A DNA stretch of 64,000 nt. Origin: Escherichia coli (GTDB lineage Bacteria > Pseudomonadota > Gammaproteobacteria > Enterobacterales > Enterobacteriaceae). Numbering within the stretch: the first letter of the stretch is position 1; each line of letters begins with the position of its first letter. The notes beneath the pieces are model-generated. The model was not told the origin of the DNA and ran no database searches. It was given only the letters and a program-made list of their open reading frames with translations. A program made the translations under genes and the position numbers. The DNA is taken from the NCBI RefSeq assembly GCF_002854065.1, contig NZ_CP024151.1. The stretch is one strand, 5' to 3'. Shown here one piece after another: positions 10,530 to 21,825 of this stretch.

Positions 10530-11478
10530 GCAGACCTCACGAGTTAATGGATTAACGAGTGGGGTCTTCGCATTTCTGGTACCTGCGTCTTGCCTGAACC
10601 AGAAAGGCTCAGACACCCGCCGCGATAATACCACATTCCCTGTTGCTGGCTATTACCCCCATTTGCCTGTTTTTGTTACAAAAACGCCGGGAGCGGGGGA
10701 AAACTTACTTTTTCCCGTTTCCGGGGGGGACAACTGAGCATTGCGAACGCGTCAGCTACGATGTTCCGGTGATTGCTGATCAGCCCCTGTTGTATTCATA
10801 AACTAATTAACATTCATTCCGTCTGGTGCATAAATCTGCCCGTGAACATCTGCAGACAATACCGACCATAAAAAAATAAATAATCCCAGTAGAATATATT
10901 TCCTCATATTATTATCCATAACAAATAAATGGCACCTGTACACCTGTATTTCAGGCAATCCTGAATATTGCAGCGCACATTGAATAAGACGTTATTTCGT
11001 GACATTAATCACAAAATATAAAATCGCGACTTAATACGGAAAAAACTCTGTGCTACTCAGAACTGACTGGTCATACTGCCCGACCGGATATTAAAAAAGC
11101 AAATCTCATAAACTCCTTTCAGCCTTCTGACTCCTGGAGTAATGAAGGCTGCTTTTTCGTTACACCCTTCCCCGGCAGCGCCGGTAGCAGTGTTCAGCCC
11201 TTTTTCGGGCAAACTGCTGCCAGTCTGTCCGGGGCGCAACACAGGCAGCCCGTCGCCATCCTTCTGCCGCTTCCATCCAGCGTCCACTGACCTCCAGAAT
11301 AACGGCCCGGCTTCCGGCACGCTGCCAGCGCCAGACCTGACCGTTCCGTGAACTGTTTCTGAATCCATTCATCTTTATCACTCCTCTTTAACCCGTCAGT
11401 ATTATGGTGTTAAATAATCTACTGAATTGGCTTCCTTTCGGGTACGGAAGTTTATTTCCTTTTAAGCCTTATTTCCCT

Positions 11479-11507
11479 GCCTCCTCTCTCTGATGGAGGC
11501 TTTTTTT
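11479..11507 (+). terminator. Candidate rho-independent terminator (hairpin plus T7), overlapping finO stop
   Basis: GCCTCC-N10-GGAGGC followed by TTTTTTT on the plus strand; coordinates approximate. Confidence 0.3.
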
Positions 11508-12066
11508 ACTTCTCATCAAGCACGGCCTGAAGTTCTGCCTTTATCCGGTTCTGGCGGCGGATTTTATCCAGACGCTCTGCCGCATACGCTTCCTCCTCCT
11601 GAGAAATATGCTCCGTCACATACCCTTCCGTGTCATACCGGCAGGCACCGGCTTTCATGGCACACAGATAGCTTTCTGAACGGGTGATGGCCTTCAGCGC
11701 CCTGCGCAGTTTTTTATGCGAGAGCGGGATATTCCGCTGCGCCACGTCTTCCAGTAACACGTCCCGGATACCGCAGGCCAGAAGCCGGGGGGTGTCACCG
11801 TCAAATAATCCCGGCCACCAGGGCTTCAGGGTGTTCACGGCTTCATCCAGTGTGGGCAGGTTCAGATAAATGGACAGCGCCTGTCTGGCCTGCGCTTTTT
11901 TTGCCGCCAGCTCTGCCTCCCGAGCCGCTTTCTCCACCAGCTTCTGCTTTTTCACCTTCCATTTTGGTGGCGTGGTGACATTGATGATGGTTTTCCGGTT
12001 GCGGACAGGCGCTGTTCCCTCTGTCTTCCGCTTCAGTGTCAGTACCGGTCGCTTCTGCTCTGTCAT
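11506..12066 (-). CDS. finO: Fertility inhibition protein FinO (intact)
   Basis: 186 aa [17 protein letters not shown]...[16 protein letters not shown], full-length FinO. Confidence 0.95.
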   Translation of the reverse strand: MTEQKRPVLTLKRKTEGTAPVRNRKTIINVTTPPKWKVKKQKLVEKAAREAELAAKKAQARQALSIYLNLPTLDEAVNTLKPWWPGLFDGDTPRLLACGIRDVLLEDVAQRNIPLSHKKLRRALKAITRSESYLCAMKAGACRYDTEGYVTEHISQEEEAYAAERLDKIRRQNRIKAELQAVLDEK

Positions 12067-12120
12067 GCTGTGTTCTGCCTCTGACGAATCATCCTCTTGC
12101 GGCCAAAGATACCATACCCG

Positions 12121-12867
12121 TCACAGCGCCAGAACGTCCAGCACAGCCAGATGACAGGCATAGAACGTCGGGAAAAAATCCCCGGGCCAGAAACGGGGTA
12201 ATGATTTTCCTGCACACGACACCAGACCAACGGTCAGCACCGTCATCACAAGGCCGGCCACCGCCGCTGCATCACTGGTGGCAAGGTTAAGCGCCGGAAT
12301 AACAGCCAGCAGGCAGGCGACCAGCGCCAGACGTTCCATTCTGTCTTCCGCCCGGTACAGCCTGTGGCTGACTGCCAGCATCAGCAGCCCGGCAATGCCG
12401 TAACTGGTGCCGGAGAAAGGCAACCACATTGCCAGAAGCAACATGGTCTCTGCGGAACGCCACCAGGTGCGCGTTTCACACCATGTCAGCACCTGTGCCG
12501 TAACTGCAAAGGCAAACAGGATATTCCCCTCATACCAGGGAAAGCCGGCCAGATAATATGCGAACTGGGCAATCACCGCCCATCCCCACAGCCGGTTAAT
12601 GGCCTCCTGCCGGATATGCGTATGACGGGACAGATTCAGCCCCCACACCAGGGCAAACAGCGGAAAGGCCCCACGCCCGACCAGAAACATCCACGACTGG
12701 TCCAGATGCAGAATGCGGTTTGCATGGTCCAGAACCATCAGCACCAGTGCCACCGTTTTGATGATATCCCGCTGTCCGGGTGACCAGACCAGCAACGACT
12801 GCAACCAGGTATCGGTCCGGGCAGCCAGTGAATCATTACGTGTTGTGTTCGTGTTATCCGTTGTCAT
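12121..12867 (-). CDS. traX: TraX, F-pilin N-acetylase
   Basis: 248 aa polytopic membrane protein MTTDNTNTTRNDSLAARTDTWLQSLLVW..., last gene of the tra operon. Confidence 0.9.
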   Translation of the reverse strand: MTTDNTNTTRNDSLAARTDTWLQSLLVWSPGQRDIIKTVALVLMVLDHANRILHLDQSWMFLVGRGAFPLFALVWGLNLSRHTHIRQEAINRLWGWAVIAQFAYYLAGFPWYEGNILFAFAVTAQVLTWCETRTWWRSAETMLLLAMWLPFSGTSYGIAGLLMLAVSHRLYRAEDRMERLALVACLLAVIPALNLATSDAAAVAGLVMTVLTVGLVSCAGKSLPRFWPGDFFPTFYACHLAVLDVLAL

Positions 12868-12886
12868 CAGCGTTTATCTTCCTGTA

Positions 12887-15800
12887 TCAGTCTCCGCCCA
12901 GGGTTTTCTCTTTCTGCAGGGCACGAACCATATCCCGCTCCATCTGCTGCAGTCGCTCCTGCAGCAGATTTTCCCGGGCAACATCCCGGACCGCTTCCCG
13001 CACCCGTTGTGATTCACGCAGCACACTCTCCGGCAGCGCGGCTTCCCGTTCAGATATGGCAGACCGGTCACGCTCCTGCCCGGCAATCTCCCTGACAGCC
13101 TGCTCTGTTTTGCCATCCGGCAGGTCAGGTTTGTTCTCTGCCATTTTACGGACAATTTCATCCGCACGGCGTTCCGTTTCACGGCGGATGGCCTCTTCAG
13201 CTTGCCGCTGTGCCAGTACCTCTGCCGTGACCGGTTCGCCATTTCCGGCTCCCGGCTGAACGCTGTTGTCCGGGATATCCCCCCACACGCGACCACCGGT
13301 GATGGTACCGGGATTCCACGGACGACCTTCACCGGCGATTCTTACCACCACACCGCTGTCAGGATTATCACGGGCAATCCGGACACCATCCTGCATATTA
13401 TCAGCCAGCAGGCTCTCTCCGTTACGGCTGCCCTGCAGGGCCACGAACTGCGCATCCCCGCTGCCTTTCACCCGGCCTTCACCACTGAAGCCCCGCAGCC
13501 CGTTTCCGTCATCCGTGGTCAGCGGATTCAGCCAGATACCGGCGGACTTGCCGTTACGGTCAAAAGCCGGCAGTGCCACATACGGCTGCGGATATTTGCG
13601 CCCGGGTGCAATAAACCGTGCAGGATTGTCTCCCCCGGCAAGTCCCGCCTGACGGAGAACGGCACGGCCGGCCGCCACGTCCCGCAGCTCCCGCGCCGTA
13701 CTGAACAGCCGCTCTGCATTCATGACCTCCCGGTCCGATTTCGGCTCAAGCACATCGTGGGCAGTTCCTTTCTGTACGGCATTGTTAATGGCATCCGTCC
13801 AGCCCTGACGGTTATCGGTATACACCTGCACATGCTGCTTCATACGCGACAGGGCCACGTAGGCTGACTCAAAGCCGGCCATCTGTTTCCGGCTGCCTTC
13901 CGTACCTTCAAGCGCGATGGCAAAGGTTTCACTTGCCCCCTGCGCACCGTGGGCGGTGATGGCATAGGCCAGGTCAATATGTTGCTCTGCCCGCTCCTGA
14001 CCGGGGCGAATCACCCGGGTCTGCTGTCCGTCCGACAGCGTGACACTGTCACCGGAAACCGCTGTCACCGTCCAGACGCTGTTGGCCACATAACCGCGCT
14101 CCCGGTCACTCTTCGTGAAGCGCATCCGGTCACCGGTTCCCACCCGGATGGTGTCCGGGGTGTACAGTGTGACGCCTTCAGCCACCGCCTCCCGGGGCGA
14201 AATCAGCCGCGTGTTACCTTCAGCATCCTGCAGGGTTATCAGCCCGTCATCCCTGCTGATACCGGCAATCCGGTGATACACATTATCCACCAGGGCAAGT
14301 GCGTCCCGATGTGTCTCCCAGGTGGAGAGACGACGCAGCTCCCCGTCGCGTATATTCGCTGTGTTCAGGACAGGCACCATGACCTGCTCTTTTCCCAGCT
14401 CACCGGCCTTTTCCCGTGCATCATGAATCATGCTGTTCAGCACGCGCCGGTCCTCATTCAGGTGCGTGACAATCAGCGTCTGCTCCCGTGCTTCCGGTGT
14501 TCTGCCGGTATAGTCGCGGACAATGGCTTCATACAGTGTCATGGGGACATCCGGGAAAGCCTCGCCTTTCAGCATCGCCTTCTGCTGCGCTTCTGCCAGT
14601 TTCGCTTCCTGGCTGTGACTGAACTCCATCACGGAGTGCTCCGGTGCCCATGCGCCCTCCAGACGTGGCACCTGAGACGGTTTCACACTCTCAAGCCCGG
14701 ATAGTGCCCTTTCCACATCCCGGTTAATCAGGTTGTATACCGCCTCCCGCAGTTCCGGCGTCTGACGCACAATCTCCTTCATGATGGCCACATCGGCAGC
14801 ACTGCGCGTCTGCTGGAGACGGAAAGGCTGACCGGGCGCGATGGCCTGCAGCTGGTCCGTGTCACCACTGGCCACGGCACGACCGCCACCGGCCGCAATC
14901 AGGGCGTATGCCCGTGCCATGTCGGTATTGCCCACCATTGAGCTCTCATCGAGCAGGAACAGCGTGTTGCTGAAATCCGGCGTTTCTCCGCTGCGCTGCT
15001 GCAGCTGCGTGTCATGCAGAAAAGACGCCAATGTCTGCGCATCCACGCCGGCGCTGCGCATCTCCCCGACCGCACGGTGTGTGGGACCCAGCCCAACGAC
15101 ACGGGGACGCTCACTCTCCGGCAGCATGTTCACGGCTGACATCACCGCCCGGAACTGTGTGGTCTTACCCACACCGGCATAGCCCTGCACCACCGTGAAG
15201 CGGTCGGACGTTTCCAGTATCATGCGGGTGGCGGCGCGCTGTCCTGATGTCAGTTTCTCCATGAGTTCGCCAGGTACTCTCTCCATCAGCGGCGTGACCG
15301 CCTCCTTACCTTCGAGAATATGGCGAAGAATGCTCTTTTCTGCCTCATACGACGCACGGGAAACCAGCAGGCCTGTGCCATAGTCTTTTGCCACATCCAC
15401 ATACAGTAAATCACCCCGTTTTATCTGCGCATCGATTTCCCCTCCCAGTTCAGTAAAACTGGTTCCTTCTGCAGCAAACGACTTCGCCTCTGTCAGCAGG
15501 TCCACCATGCTGAAGGCCAGGTTTTTACTTTCCAGCACAGGAAGGGCCAGATGAATGGCCTGCTGTGCCGGCGTGTGAAGCCCGGCTTTCTGCAGACTGA
15601 TAGCGGTTTCCAGCAATGTCTCACCGGCACGCGCCTTTATCTGCTCAGAAACCACCGTAAAGGAGGGATGGCGGGCAAGTTTTTCCGCAGTACGGGTTTC
15701 ATCCAGTGAGGAATACAGCCGGACATCACGACCGCTGCGGGCCAGACCGTTCAGGGTGGCGTTGTCCATTGCCATCTGTGTGACGGAGGCAAAAACCTTC

Positions 15801-18157
15801 GCACTGTCGCTGACGGAATGCCCGGGCGTTTCCACCCAGCCGCTCTCCAGCTTCAGTGCCGTGAACGGTGAATCAGCCACAGGCAGGGAGGCCGGTTCAG
15901 CCCGTCCCGGCACAACAACCGTCATCGCGTCCTCGCTGACGGATGCCACCTGCAGGAGGTCACCGCCGGAGACGCGGAGTCCGGGAATTTTCCCGGTCAC
16001 CCTCAGACGCTCGCCGTCTGCCACCGGCATTTTTTCCGGCCGGAACAGCGACCAGCTGCTGTCCAGGGAGGAAATACGCACCACCTGCGTTTCACCCTGC
16101 GCATCCCGCAGGGTCAGGCTGTGACTCTGCGCCGTCACCCGGTCGATAACATAGCGGTCATGACTGCGTGTCTCCGGGTTCCACTGCTCCATCACCATCC
16201 CCGGACGGTACATATCCCGCAGATAACGGCTCCGGCTGTCCAGCCAGACCGGTGACAGTGCCGTCATGGTTACCTCCGGGTGTCCGAGCACGCCCTGTGT
16301 TTTCAGCTCACTGCGAATGGCCTGTGTCAGTATGGCCTGTTCCCGTACCCCGCTGACCTGTGCCACGCTCTCTTCTCCGGCTTTCACGCTGGCCGCAAAA
16401 TCTCCTGCCAGCCGGGCATAGCGGACATTACGGTCCGGTTCACTGATGATGGTGGCCGGCCGCTGTTCTCCCCCCTGCCAGCGATATGTGTTCACCCCGG
16501 CATCTTTCATGGCCATCAGTGCACTGCCTGTACCGGTTCGCTGCCCGCTGTCGGTTATCAGGACCTGTACGTTATGACGTGCAGCACCGTCCAGCAGGGT
16601 TAACGTCTCTTTCAGGGAGAGTTTTTCGCCCTGGTCAACGATAACAGTATTGCCCGGCGTGAAGGCCATGCCCTCCTGCAGCTGACGACGTCCGGTTATC
16701 AGCTCACCGGACAGCCGTTCATCCTGCTTCAGGTTCATCTGCGAGCGACGGTCAGCGGCGATAATCTGCACCTCCCGCCCCTGCTCCCGGGCCATCATGA
16801 CCAGCTCCGCCACCCGCTCACGCTGCCCGGCTGCACCGCCCTGCCCGGACACAATAGCCAGCGACGGGCGATCCTGTGCCAGAACACTGACCGCATCGCT
16901 GTAACCGGCCGTCCGGGGGACACTTTTCTCCGGATGTACGGTCACCCGGTTCTGTTTCATGATGTCACGACTGAGTGCCCGGACTGACAGCTCATCGAGC
17001 ACATGAATCCCGGACGTGAACAGCCCCTTCTCACGATCGAGGGGGATAAGCTGCTCACGGCTGATGGCCTCATCGATACCGGCGCGTGCCCGTTCAATCA
17101 CACCATTTTCCGGCGGCAGTATGCCGACCGTTCTGGCCAGCACGTCCGTGTACGTAAACTGCACTTTGCGTTCACTTAATCCGGCAATCGCCTGTGTCAC
17201 CGCCTGCTGCACATCCGGCCCGTCCGGTGAAGCAGGCCCGGGCGCCTGCGTGCGGGTCTCCGCCCGTTGATCCGCCGCGTCACGATACGCCCGGATGTCG
17301 AACCCGGTTTCCCTCAGCGTCTGCATCCATTCAGCCATTCTGACTTCAGGATCGACGTGCTGTTTGGATTTTCGCGTATCCAGTGCCGCCACATCCCGGG
17401 ATTTCAGCGAGGCATCTTCCCCGACGGCCTCCCGGATAGTCTGTGAGCGTCCGGAAAAGGCCTCCACCGGTACGCCCGGCATCTCCCACATACCGTGCTT
17501 ACCCACCACTTCGGTTTCATAGCCCAGCGCCTCAACCTGCTCTTTCAGTTTTTCCCGGTAGAGCCTGCCAAAGGCAATCTGATTAGCGTACACATTCTCA
17601 ATGAACCCCGTTTTCCCCACTTTGTCACTGCTCAGTGTCTTCCACTCACCGTTATGCTGCGTAACATTAGCCACCACCGCATGCGTGTGTAACTGTGGTT
17701 CCTGATCGCGACTGGTGTCGTGGTTAAACAGTGCCATCACCAGATTACCGGTCAGTACCGTTTCTGACTGTCCGTCCGTCATCACCCGTGTGGAGGCCAG
17801 CGCCTCCACCTGACGAACAGCAAAGTCCACGGCCTGGTTATGTGCATCAATCAGGCGCTTATCGCCACCTAACATGGCCATCATGGAGACACTTTTGGGG
17901 GCGGAGAAGGTCAGGTCGTAGCCGGGACGATGCTTATTACTGCCATCCTGCATGCGGCTTAGATCCGCTCCGTCCGGCAGCCTTCCCTCCAGAAGACGGG
18001 TAAAAACATCCTTATCGACACTGCCCTGCAGTCCCAGCTGTTCAGCCCCCCTGCCGGCCCAGCGTTCTCCCATGCTGCCCAGTACATAGTAATTATCCTT
18101 GTCGGTATAATAGTTACCGGCACTTCCGGCCGATCTGACCTGCGCGATACTCATCAT
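12887..18157 (-). CDS. traI: TraI relaxase/helicase (MOB-F)
   Basis: 1756 aa [43 protein letters not shown]..., F TraI size and N-terminus. Confidence 0.97.
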   Translation of the reverse strand: MMSIAQVRSAGSAGNYYTDKDNYYVLGSMGERWAGRGAEQLGLQGSVDKDVFTRLLEGRLPDGADLSRMQDGSNKHRPGYDLTFSAPKSVSMMAMLGGDKRLIDAHNQAVDFAVRQVEALASTRVMTDGQSETVLTGNLVMALFNHDTSRDQEPQLHTHAVVANVTQHNGEWKTLSSDKVGKTGFIENVYANQIAFGRLYREKLKEQVEALGYETEVVGKHGMWEMPGVPVEAFSGRSQTIREAVGEDASLKSRDVAALDTRKSKQHVDPEVRMAEWMQTLRETGFDIRAYRDAADQRAETRTQAPGPASPDGPDVQQAVTQAIAGLSERKVQFTYTDVLARTVGILPPENGVIERARAGIDEAISREQLIPLDREKGLFTSGIHVLDELSVRALSRDIMKQNRVTVHPEKSVPRTAGYSDAVSVLAQDRPSLAIVSGQGGAAGQRERVAELVMMAREQGREVQIIAADRRSQMNLKQDERLSGELITGRRQLQEGMAFTPGNTVIVDQGEKLSLKETLTLLDGAARHNVQVLITDSGQRTGTGSALMAMKDAGVNTYRWQGGEQRPATIISEPDRNVRYARLAGDFAASVKAGEESVAQVSGVREQAILTQAIRSELKTQGVLGHPEVTMTALSPVWLDSRSRYLRDMYRPGMVMEQWNPETRSHDRYVIDRVTAQSHSLTLRDAQGETQVVRISSLDSSWSLFRPEKMPVADGERLRVTGKIPGLRVSGGDLLQVASVSEDAMTVVVPGRAEPASLPVADSPFTALKLESGWVETPGHSVSDSAKVFASVTQMAMDNATLNGLARSGRDVRLYSSLDETRTAEKLARHPSFTVVSEQIKARAGETLLETAISLQKAGLHTPAQQAIHLALPVLESKNLAFSMVDLLTEAKSFAAEGTSFTELGGEIDAQIKRGDLLYVDVAKDYGTGLLVSRASYEAEKSILRHILEGKEAVTPLMERVPGELMEKLTSGQRAATRMILETSDRFTVVQGYAGVGKTTQFRAVMSAVNMLPESERPRVVGLGPTHRAVGEMRSAGVDAQTLASFLHDTQLQQRSGETPDFSNTLFLLDESSMVGNTDMARAYALIAAGGGRAVASGDTDQLQAIAPGQPFRLQQTRSAADVAIMKEIVRQTPELREAVYNLINRDVERALSGLESVKPSQVPRLEGAWAPEHSVMEFSHSQEAKLAEAQQKAMLKGEAFPDVPMTLYEAIVRDYTGRTPEAREQTLIVTHLNEDRRVLNSMIHDAREKAGELGKEQVMVPVLNTANIRDGELRRLSTWETHRDALALVDNVYHRIAGISRDDGLITLQDAEGNTRLISPREAVAEGVTLYTPDTIRVGTGDRMRFTKSDRERGYVANSVWTVTAVSGDSVTLSDGQQTRVIRPGQERAEQHIDLAYAITAHGAQGASETFAIALEGTEGSRKQMAGFESAYVALSRMKQHVQVYTDNRQGWTDAINNAVQKGTAHDVLEPKSDREVMNAERLFSTARELRDVAAGRAVLRQAGLAGGDNPARFIAPGRKYPQPYVALPAFDRNGKSAGIWLNPLTTDDGNGLRGFSGEGRVKGSGDAQFVALQGSRNGESLLADNMQDGVRIARDNPDSGVVVRIAGEGRPWNPGTITGGRVWGDIPDNSVQPGAGNGEPVTAEVLAQRQAEEAIRRETERRADEIVRKMAENKPDLPDGKTEQAVREIAGQERDRSAISEREAALPESVLRESQRVREAVRDVARENLLQERLQQMERDMVRALQKEKTLGGD

Positions 18158-20319
18158 CAGAAATCATCTCCCGGCTCAACATCCTCCCCACGCTCCCGGT
18201 GCACATTAATGTTCACCTCTTCACGACGCTGCATCTGCTGCTGGATGTCCGGATGATTTTCCTGTTGCCATGCCTCATAAGCGGCCATATCCACCACTTC
18301 ACCGGATTCACTGATCCCGGGTGGCAGTTGCTGTTCCATCTCTTCTTCCGGTTTCATTTTCAGCTCCTGCTCGATCCCCCCTGCCGGAACATTCACACCT
18401 GAATCTGACTTCTTATCGTTTATGGCAGGAGACACCGGCTGTTGCGGCTGTTGCGGCTGTTCAGCCTGAGTCACGTCTTCTCCGGAAACAACTTCCGGCA
18501 CATCCGGTTCGAAGAGGCTGGCCATCTGACGACCTTCTGCTTCCCTTGCGGCAAGTACGGCACTCAGACGGTTCTCCATTTCCGGGTTGATGTCACGCGG
18601 AATAAACTCAGGGGCAACCTTCGGACGTGCCTGATATTTCAGTGAGAGTTTTACTGCCGGATACGGTCCGGGCAGGGTGACATAACAAGTCAGATCCGGC
18701 AGAGACTGAATGTCGGAATAACTGACCAGCGTCTGGCGCTCCATATCCTTACCGGTCGATACCCCGTCACGTACCGGATCAGCACCGTAGGAATACTGCT
18801 CGCTGGCTTTCAGGTGCTCTTTCTCACCAATCTCACCGGCAGCGAACTCTGCAATCTTATGGCTGGGAGAACGGAAAAAGGCACGAGTGTTCATGACGTC
18901 AAACAGCGTGGCAGCCGCTTTCTCACCGTAGATATCTTCCAGCTGGGCATAGGACTGGATACCAAACACATAACAGCCACCGAACTTACGGGCTTCCGGC
19001 AGGATCTCCACCAGGTCCGGCAGTTTGTGTAACGTGGGTAGCTCATCACAGAAAAACCACACACGACGGTTACGGTTTTCTCCCATTGCCAGCAGACCAC
19101 GAATGGCAATGGACAGCCACATGGAGATCACCGGCTTCAGGGAGGCATGGGTGTCGGCATTCGACGAGATAAACAGCCAGCCGTTTTTCTGATCTTCCCG
19201 GACACCCCGCATCCAGTCACGGATGGTAAAAGACTCACCGTTATGCTCAATCCCCTGCAGGTAACGGATGGCTTTCACGTAGTTGGTCAGCACAGCACGG
19301 ATGGAAATCGCCGTTTTCTCAATTTTCTCTTCCACCAGGTTGGCCGCCGGTGAATTACGCAGGAAGGTACGCAGTTTTTCGATTTTGATGGAAAGCAGTG
19401 TGTCCACCAGTTTGCTGTAGCTGCGGTTGGGGTCATTACGCATCAGGTACGCCGCTTCCGCAAAAATGGTACGTCCTGAACCCTGCCAGAACGGGTCCTC
19501 TTTTGTGCCCATCGGGATCAGAGTATTTGCGGTATTATCAAAATCCGGCTGTGTCAGGCACTCCTTCCACAAATCCCAGGCGGCACAACGGGCATCCAGC
19601 GGATTCAGGATTTTATCGATGGAGGGATCATAGTAACTTTTAACAAATTCCCCTGAACGGTCATAAATCACCACCATATCTCCACGCTGACGGGCGTAGT
19701 TGGCCAGACGACGGATAACTTCCGACTTACCGGCCCCGACCGTGCCGTGCAGACAGAAGTTCTGGATTTCGGAATCCCGGATAATCGGCAGGTCGCCAAT
19801 CCGTATATCGGAGTCCTTGCCGTCTTTTTTCAGCATCCGGGCAACGTCTTTCGGGTTCTCCGTCAGCTGACGACCACCTGTGACTTCATTTTCGCTCTGT
19901 TGTTTACCCTGACGCCCCAGAATCCAGGAGACAACAAAGAAGGTAATCAGGCAAATAACCAGTGCCACAACTGTAGCCAGAACGAATGCGGACCATAGCT
20001 GCTCTCCGCACCAGATCATATATTTATCATGCAGTACCTGAGCAGCGTTCATCCGGAAGGTTTTGCCGTAATACTGGATCTCATAGACCGGCTGGGACTT
20101 GATTAAATCCCGCATGCCTTCCAGCGTGGTACACCACCAGTAAATACAGCCGTTCACAAACGTCTGCCAGCTTATTTTTACCCATAAAACCAGACCAACG
20201 AGTATCCAGAAAAAAATAAACAGGCAGTAAAGCATGATATTGGCGATCTGGCTGAACATGCGGATACGCATGGACGCAATCTGACCGCCCTGGGTCATAT
20301 CCTTTGCGTTAAAACTCAT
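18157..20319 (-). CDS. traD: TraD type IV coupling protein
   Basis: 720 aa [24 protein letters not shown]..., Walker [10 protein letters not shown]-terminal QQP repeats; stop overlaps traI start. Confidence 0.97.
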   Translation of the reverse strand: MSFNAKDMTQGGQIASMRIRMFSQIANIMLYCLFIFFWILVGLVLWVKISWQTFVNGCIYWWCTTLEGMRDLIKSQPVYEIQYYGKTFRMNAAQVLHDKYMIWCGEQLWSAFVLATVVALVICLITFFVVSWILGRQGKQQSENEVTGGRQLTENPKDVARMLKKDGKDSDIRIGDLPIIRDSEIQNFCLHGTVGAGKSEVIRRLANYARQRGDMVVIYDRSGEFVKSYYDPSIDKILNPLDARCAAWDLWKECLTQPDFDNTANTLIPMGTKEDPFWQGSGRTIFAEAAYLMRNDPNRSYSKLVDTLLSIKIEKLRTFLRNSPAANLVEEKIEKTAISIRAVLTNYVKAIRYLQGIEHNGESFTIRDWMRGVREDQKNGWLFISSNADTHASLKPVISMWLSIAIRGLLAMGENRNRRVWFFCDELPTLHKLPDLVEILPEARKFGGCYVFGIQSYAQLEDIYGEKAAATLFDVMNTRAFFRSPSHKIAEFAAGEIGEKEHLKASEQYSYGADPVRDGVSTGKDMERQTLVSYSDIQSLPDLTCYVTLPGPYPAVKLSLKYQARPKVAPEFIPRDINPEMENRLSAVLAAREAEGRQMASLFEPDVPEVVSGEDVTQAEQPQQPQQPVSPAINDKKSDSGVNVPAGGIEQELKMKPEEEMEQQLPPGISESGEVVDMAAYEAWQQENHPDIQQQMQRREEVNINVHRERGEDVEPGDDF

Positions 20320-20570
20320 GATGATATTCCGAAGAAAAAAGTCAGTCGGACTGATTATTAATGATGAAAAGATTAATAACCGTTAAATTCCGGCTTCGCC
20401 GGCAACACTTCACGGTCGCACAAAGAATTTGCACAACCGCTCAGTGTTTTCATATTTATTTCGGAAACGCCGGGGAGAAATAAAATTTATTTTATTTCTT
20501 TCCGGGGTTGGACAACGAGCAAAGCGAGGCGTCAGTCAGGAGGCCGGTCAGACCAGCCTCCGGAAGATAA

Positions 20571-21302
20571 TCAGAGAATATTTGCGATTGATTTGGCCAG
20601 CTGGTCTTCGAGAACAGGCTTCGCCTCTTCAAATTTCAGGTTAACCTTGTTCGCATTTGAGACCACACGGGTCTGGTATTTATGCTGGTTACCTGTTTCA
20701 GTACTGGTCTGAATTTTCGCACCTGATGTGCCCTGACGCAGGGCGGCAACATTATCCGTTGTCACCGTTGCCTTAGTACGCTCTGCAATCTGCACATCCG
20801 TGATCATGGTATAGTTCACATCTTCCACCATCGCATCTGCAGCCATACCCACCAGACCGGCAGCAAGGCCCACACCGAGTGTGGCACCGGCAGAACTGGA
20901 ATTATATCCGGTGATACCGGCACCTAACGCTGCACCAACTGCTGCGCCCTCATAACCACGGTTCAGCCATCCCTGAGACTCCCGCAGATCCATCTTATCG
21001 GCCTTCAGCACATTCGCCTGAATCCAGTAGTAGGCTTTATCCGGAGAAGTCACCACCTGATATCCTTTTGCTTTCACAGCATCAGCAATTTTGCCCTGCA
21101 GCCCACTCATGTCTTTATCAGACGTGTTTTTGATCTGCAGAAATACCGTGCGTTCGCTGGCGGGTTCAAGCCAGATGGTCTCACTCATCTGAGTCTTCAC
21201 CTCAAGGTTACGCTTCTTGATTGCTGTGCTCATCGCACCACACCCTGAAAGGGCCAGAGTGGAACTGACCAGTGCAACCATCATCAATTTTTTTGTTTTC
21301 AT
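20571..21302 (-). CDS. traT: TraT surface exclusion / serum resistance lipoprotein
   Basis: 243 aa [38 protein letters not shown]... Confidence 0.95.
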   Translation of the reverse strand: MKTKKLMMVALVSSTLALSGCGAMSTAIKKRNLEVKTQMSETIWLEPASERTVFLQIKNTSDKDMSGLQGKIADAVKAKGYQVVTSPDKAYYWIQANVLKADKMDLRESQGWLNRGYEGAAVGAALGAGITGYNSSSAGATLGVGLAAGLVGMAADAMVEDVNYTMITDVQIAERTKATVTTDNVAALRQGTSGAKIQTSTETGNQHKYQTRVVSNANKVNLKFEEAKPVLEDQLAKSIANIL

Positions 21303-21315
21303 CCAAAATATCCTT

Positions 21316-21825
21316 TTAACTAACAGACTCTTTTTTGAACAGTCCTATTACTGAGGCTATAGCTGAGAGATTATAACGATTTATATCTATGGTATACACC
21401 AAGAAAAATAATATGAATGTAATCATTAGTGCAAAAACATATAAGATAGAATGCATAAACGAAACCATAGAAAAAACAATCAAAAACAACAAAATATATG
21501 TCTTACTCTTAGAATACATAAAATTTATTATTTTTGAATCCTTTCTGAAACTATCAGGAATCGCAAGGTATAACATCATTCCATTTGTAATAGCCACAAA
21601 AAGCAGGAACCCCATCATTCCACTAGCACATATATCAAAGCCAACATCCCTGACATCACTTTTAACCGATACTAAACGCAGAAAAGTTGGCCATAATAAA
21701 ACCCATAAAAACACATAAGTTCCCGGCTTTATGACTTGTAATAATGATGGGATATTAACACCCTCTACAGAGAGTACCTCCTTTAGTTTTTGCATCTCCA
21801 TTCTTATATCATAGTGAGTGATCAT
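21316..21825 (-). CDS. traS: TraS entry exclusion inner-membrane protein (divergent)
   Basis: 169 aa hydrophobic ORF between traG and traT; ATG overlaps traG stop; sequence not recognisably conserved, called by position. Confidence 0.55.
   Translation of the reverse strand: MITHYDIRMEMQKLKEVLSVEGVNIPSLLQVIKPGTYVFLWVLLWPTFLRLVSVKSDVRDVGFDICASGMMGFLLFVAITNGMMLYLAIPDSFRKDSKIINFMYSKSKTYILLFLIVFSMVSFMHSILYVFALMITFILFFLVYTIDINRYNLSAIASVIGLFKKESVS

Noticed and set aside
11057-11381. Overlapping ORFs of 69-103 aa between the srnB locus and finO
   Set aside because: Mutually overlapping frames without RBS; the region more plausibly holds regulatory sequence for the hok-family locus.
13202-17522. Plus-strand ORFs (up to 251 aa) antisense to traI, and similar ones inside traD, traG, traC, traB and traN
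   Set aside because: They are embedded antisense within long, well-supported tra genes of high GC content; typical spurious frames.
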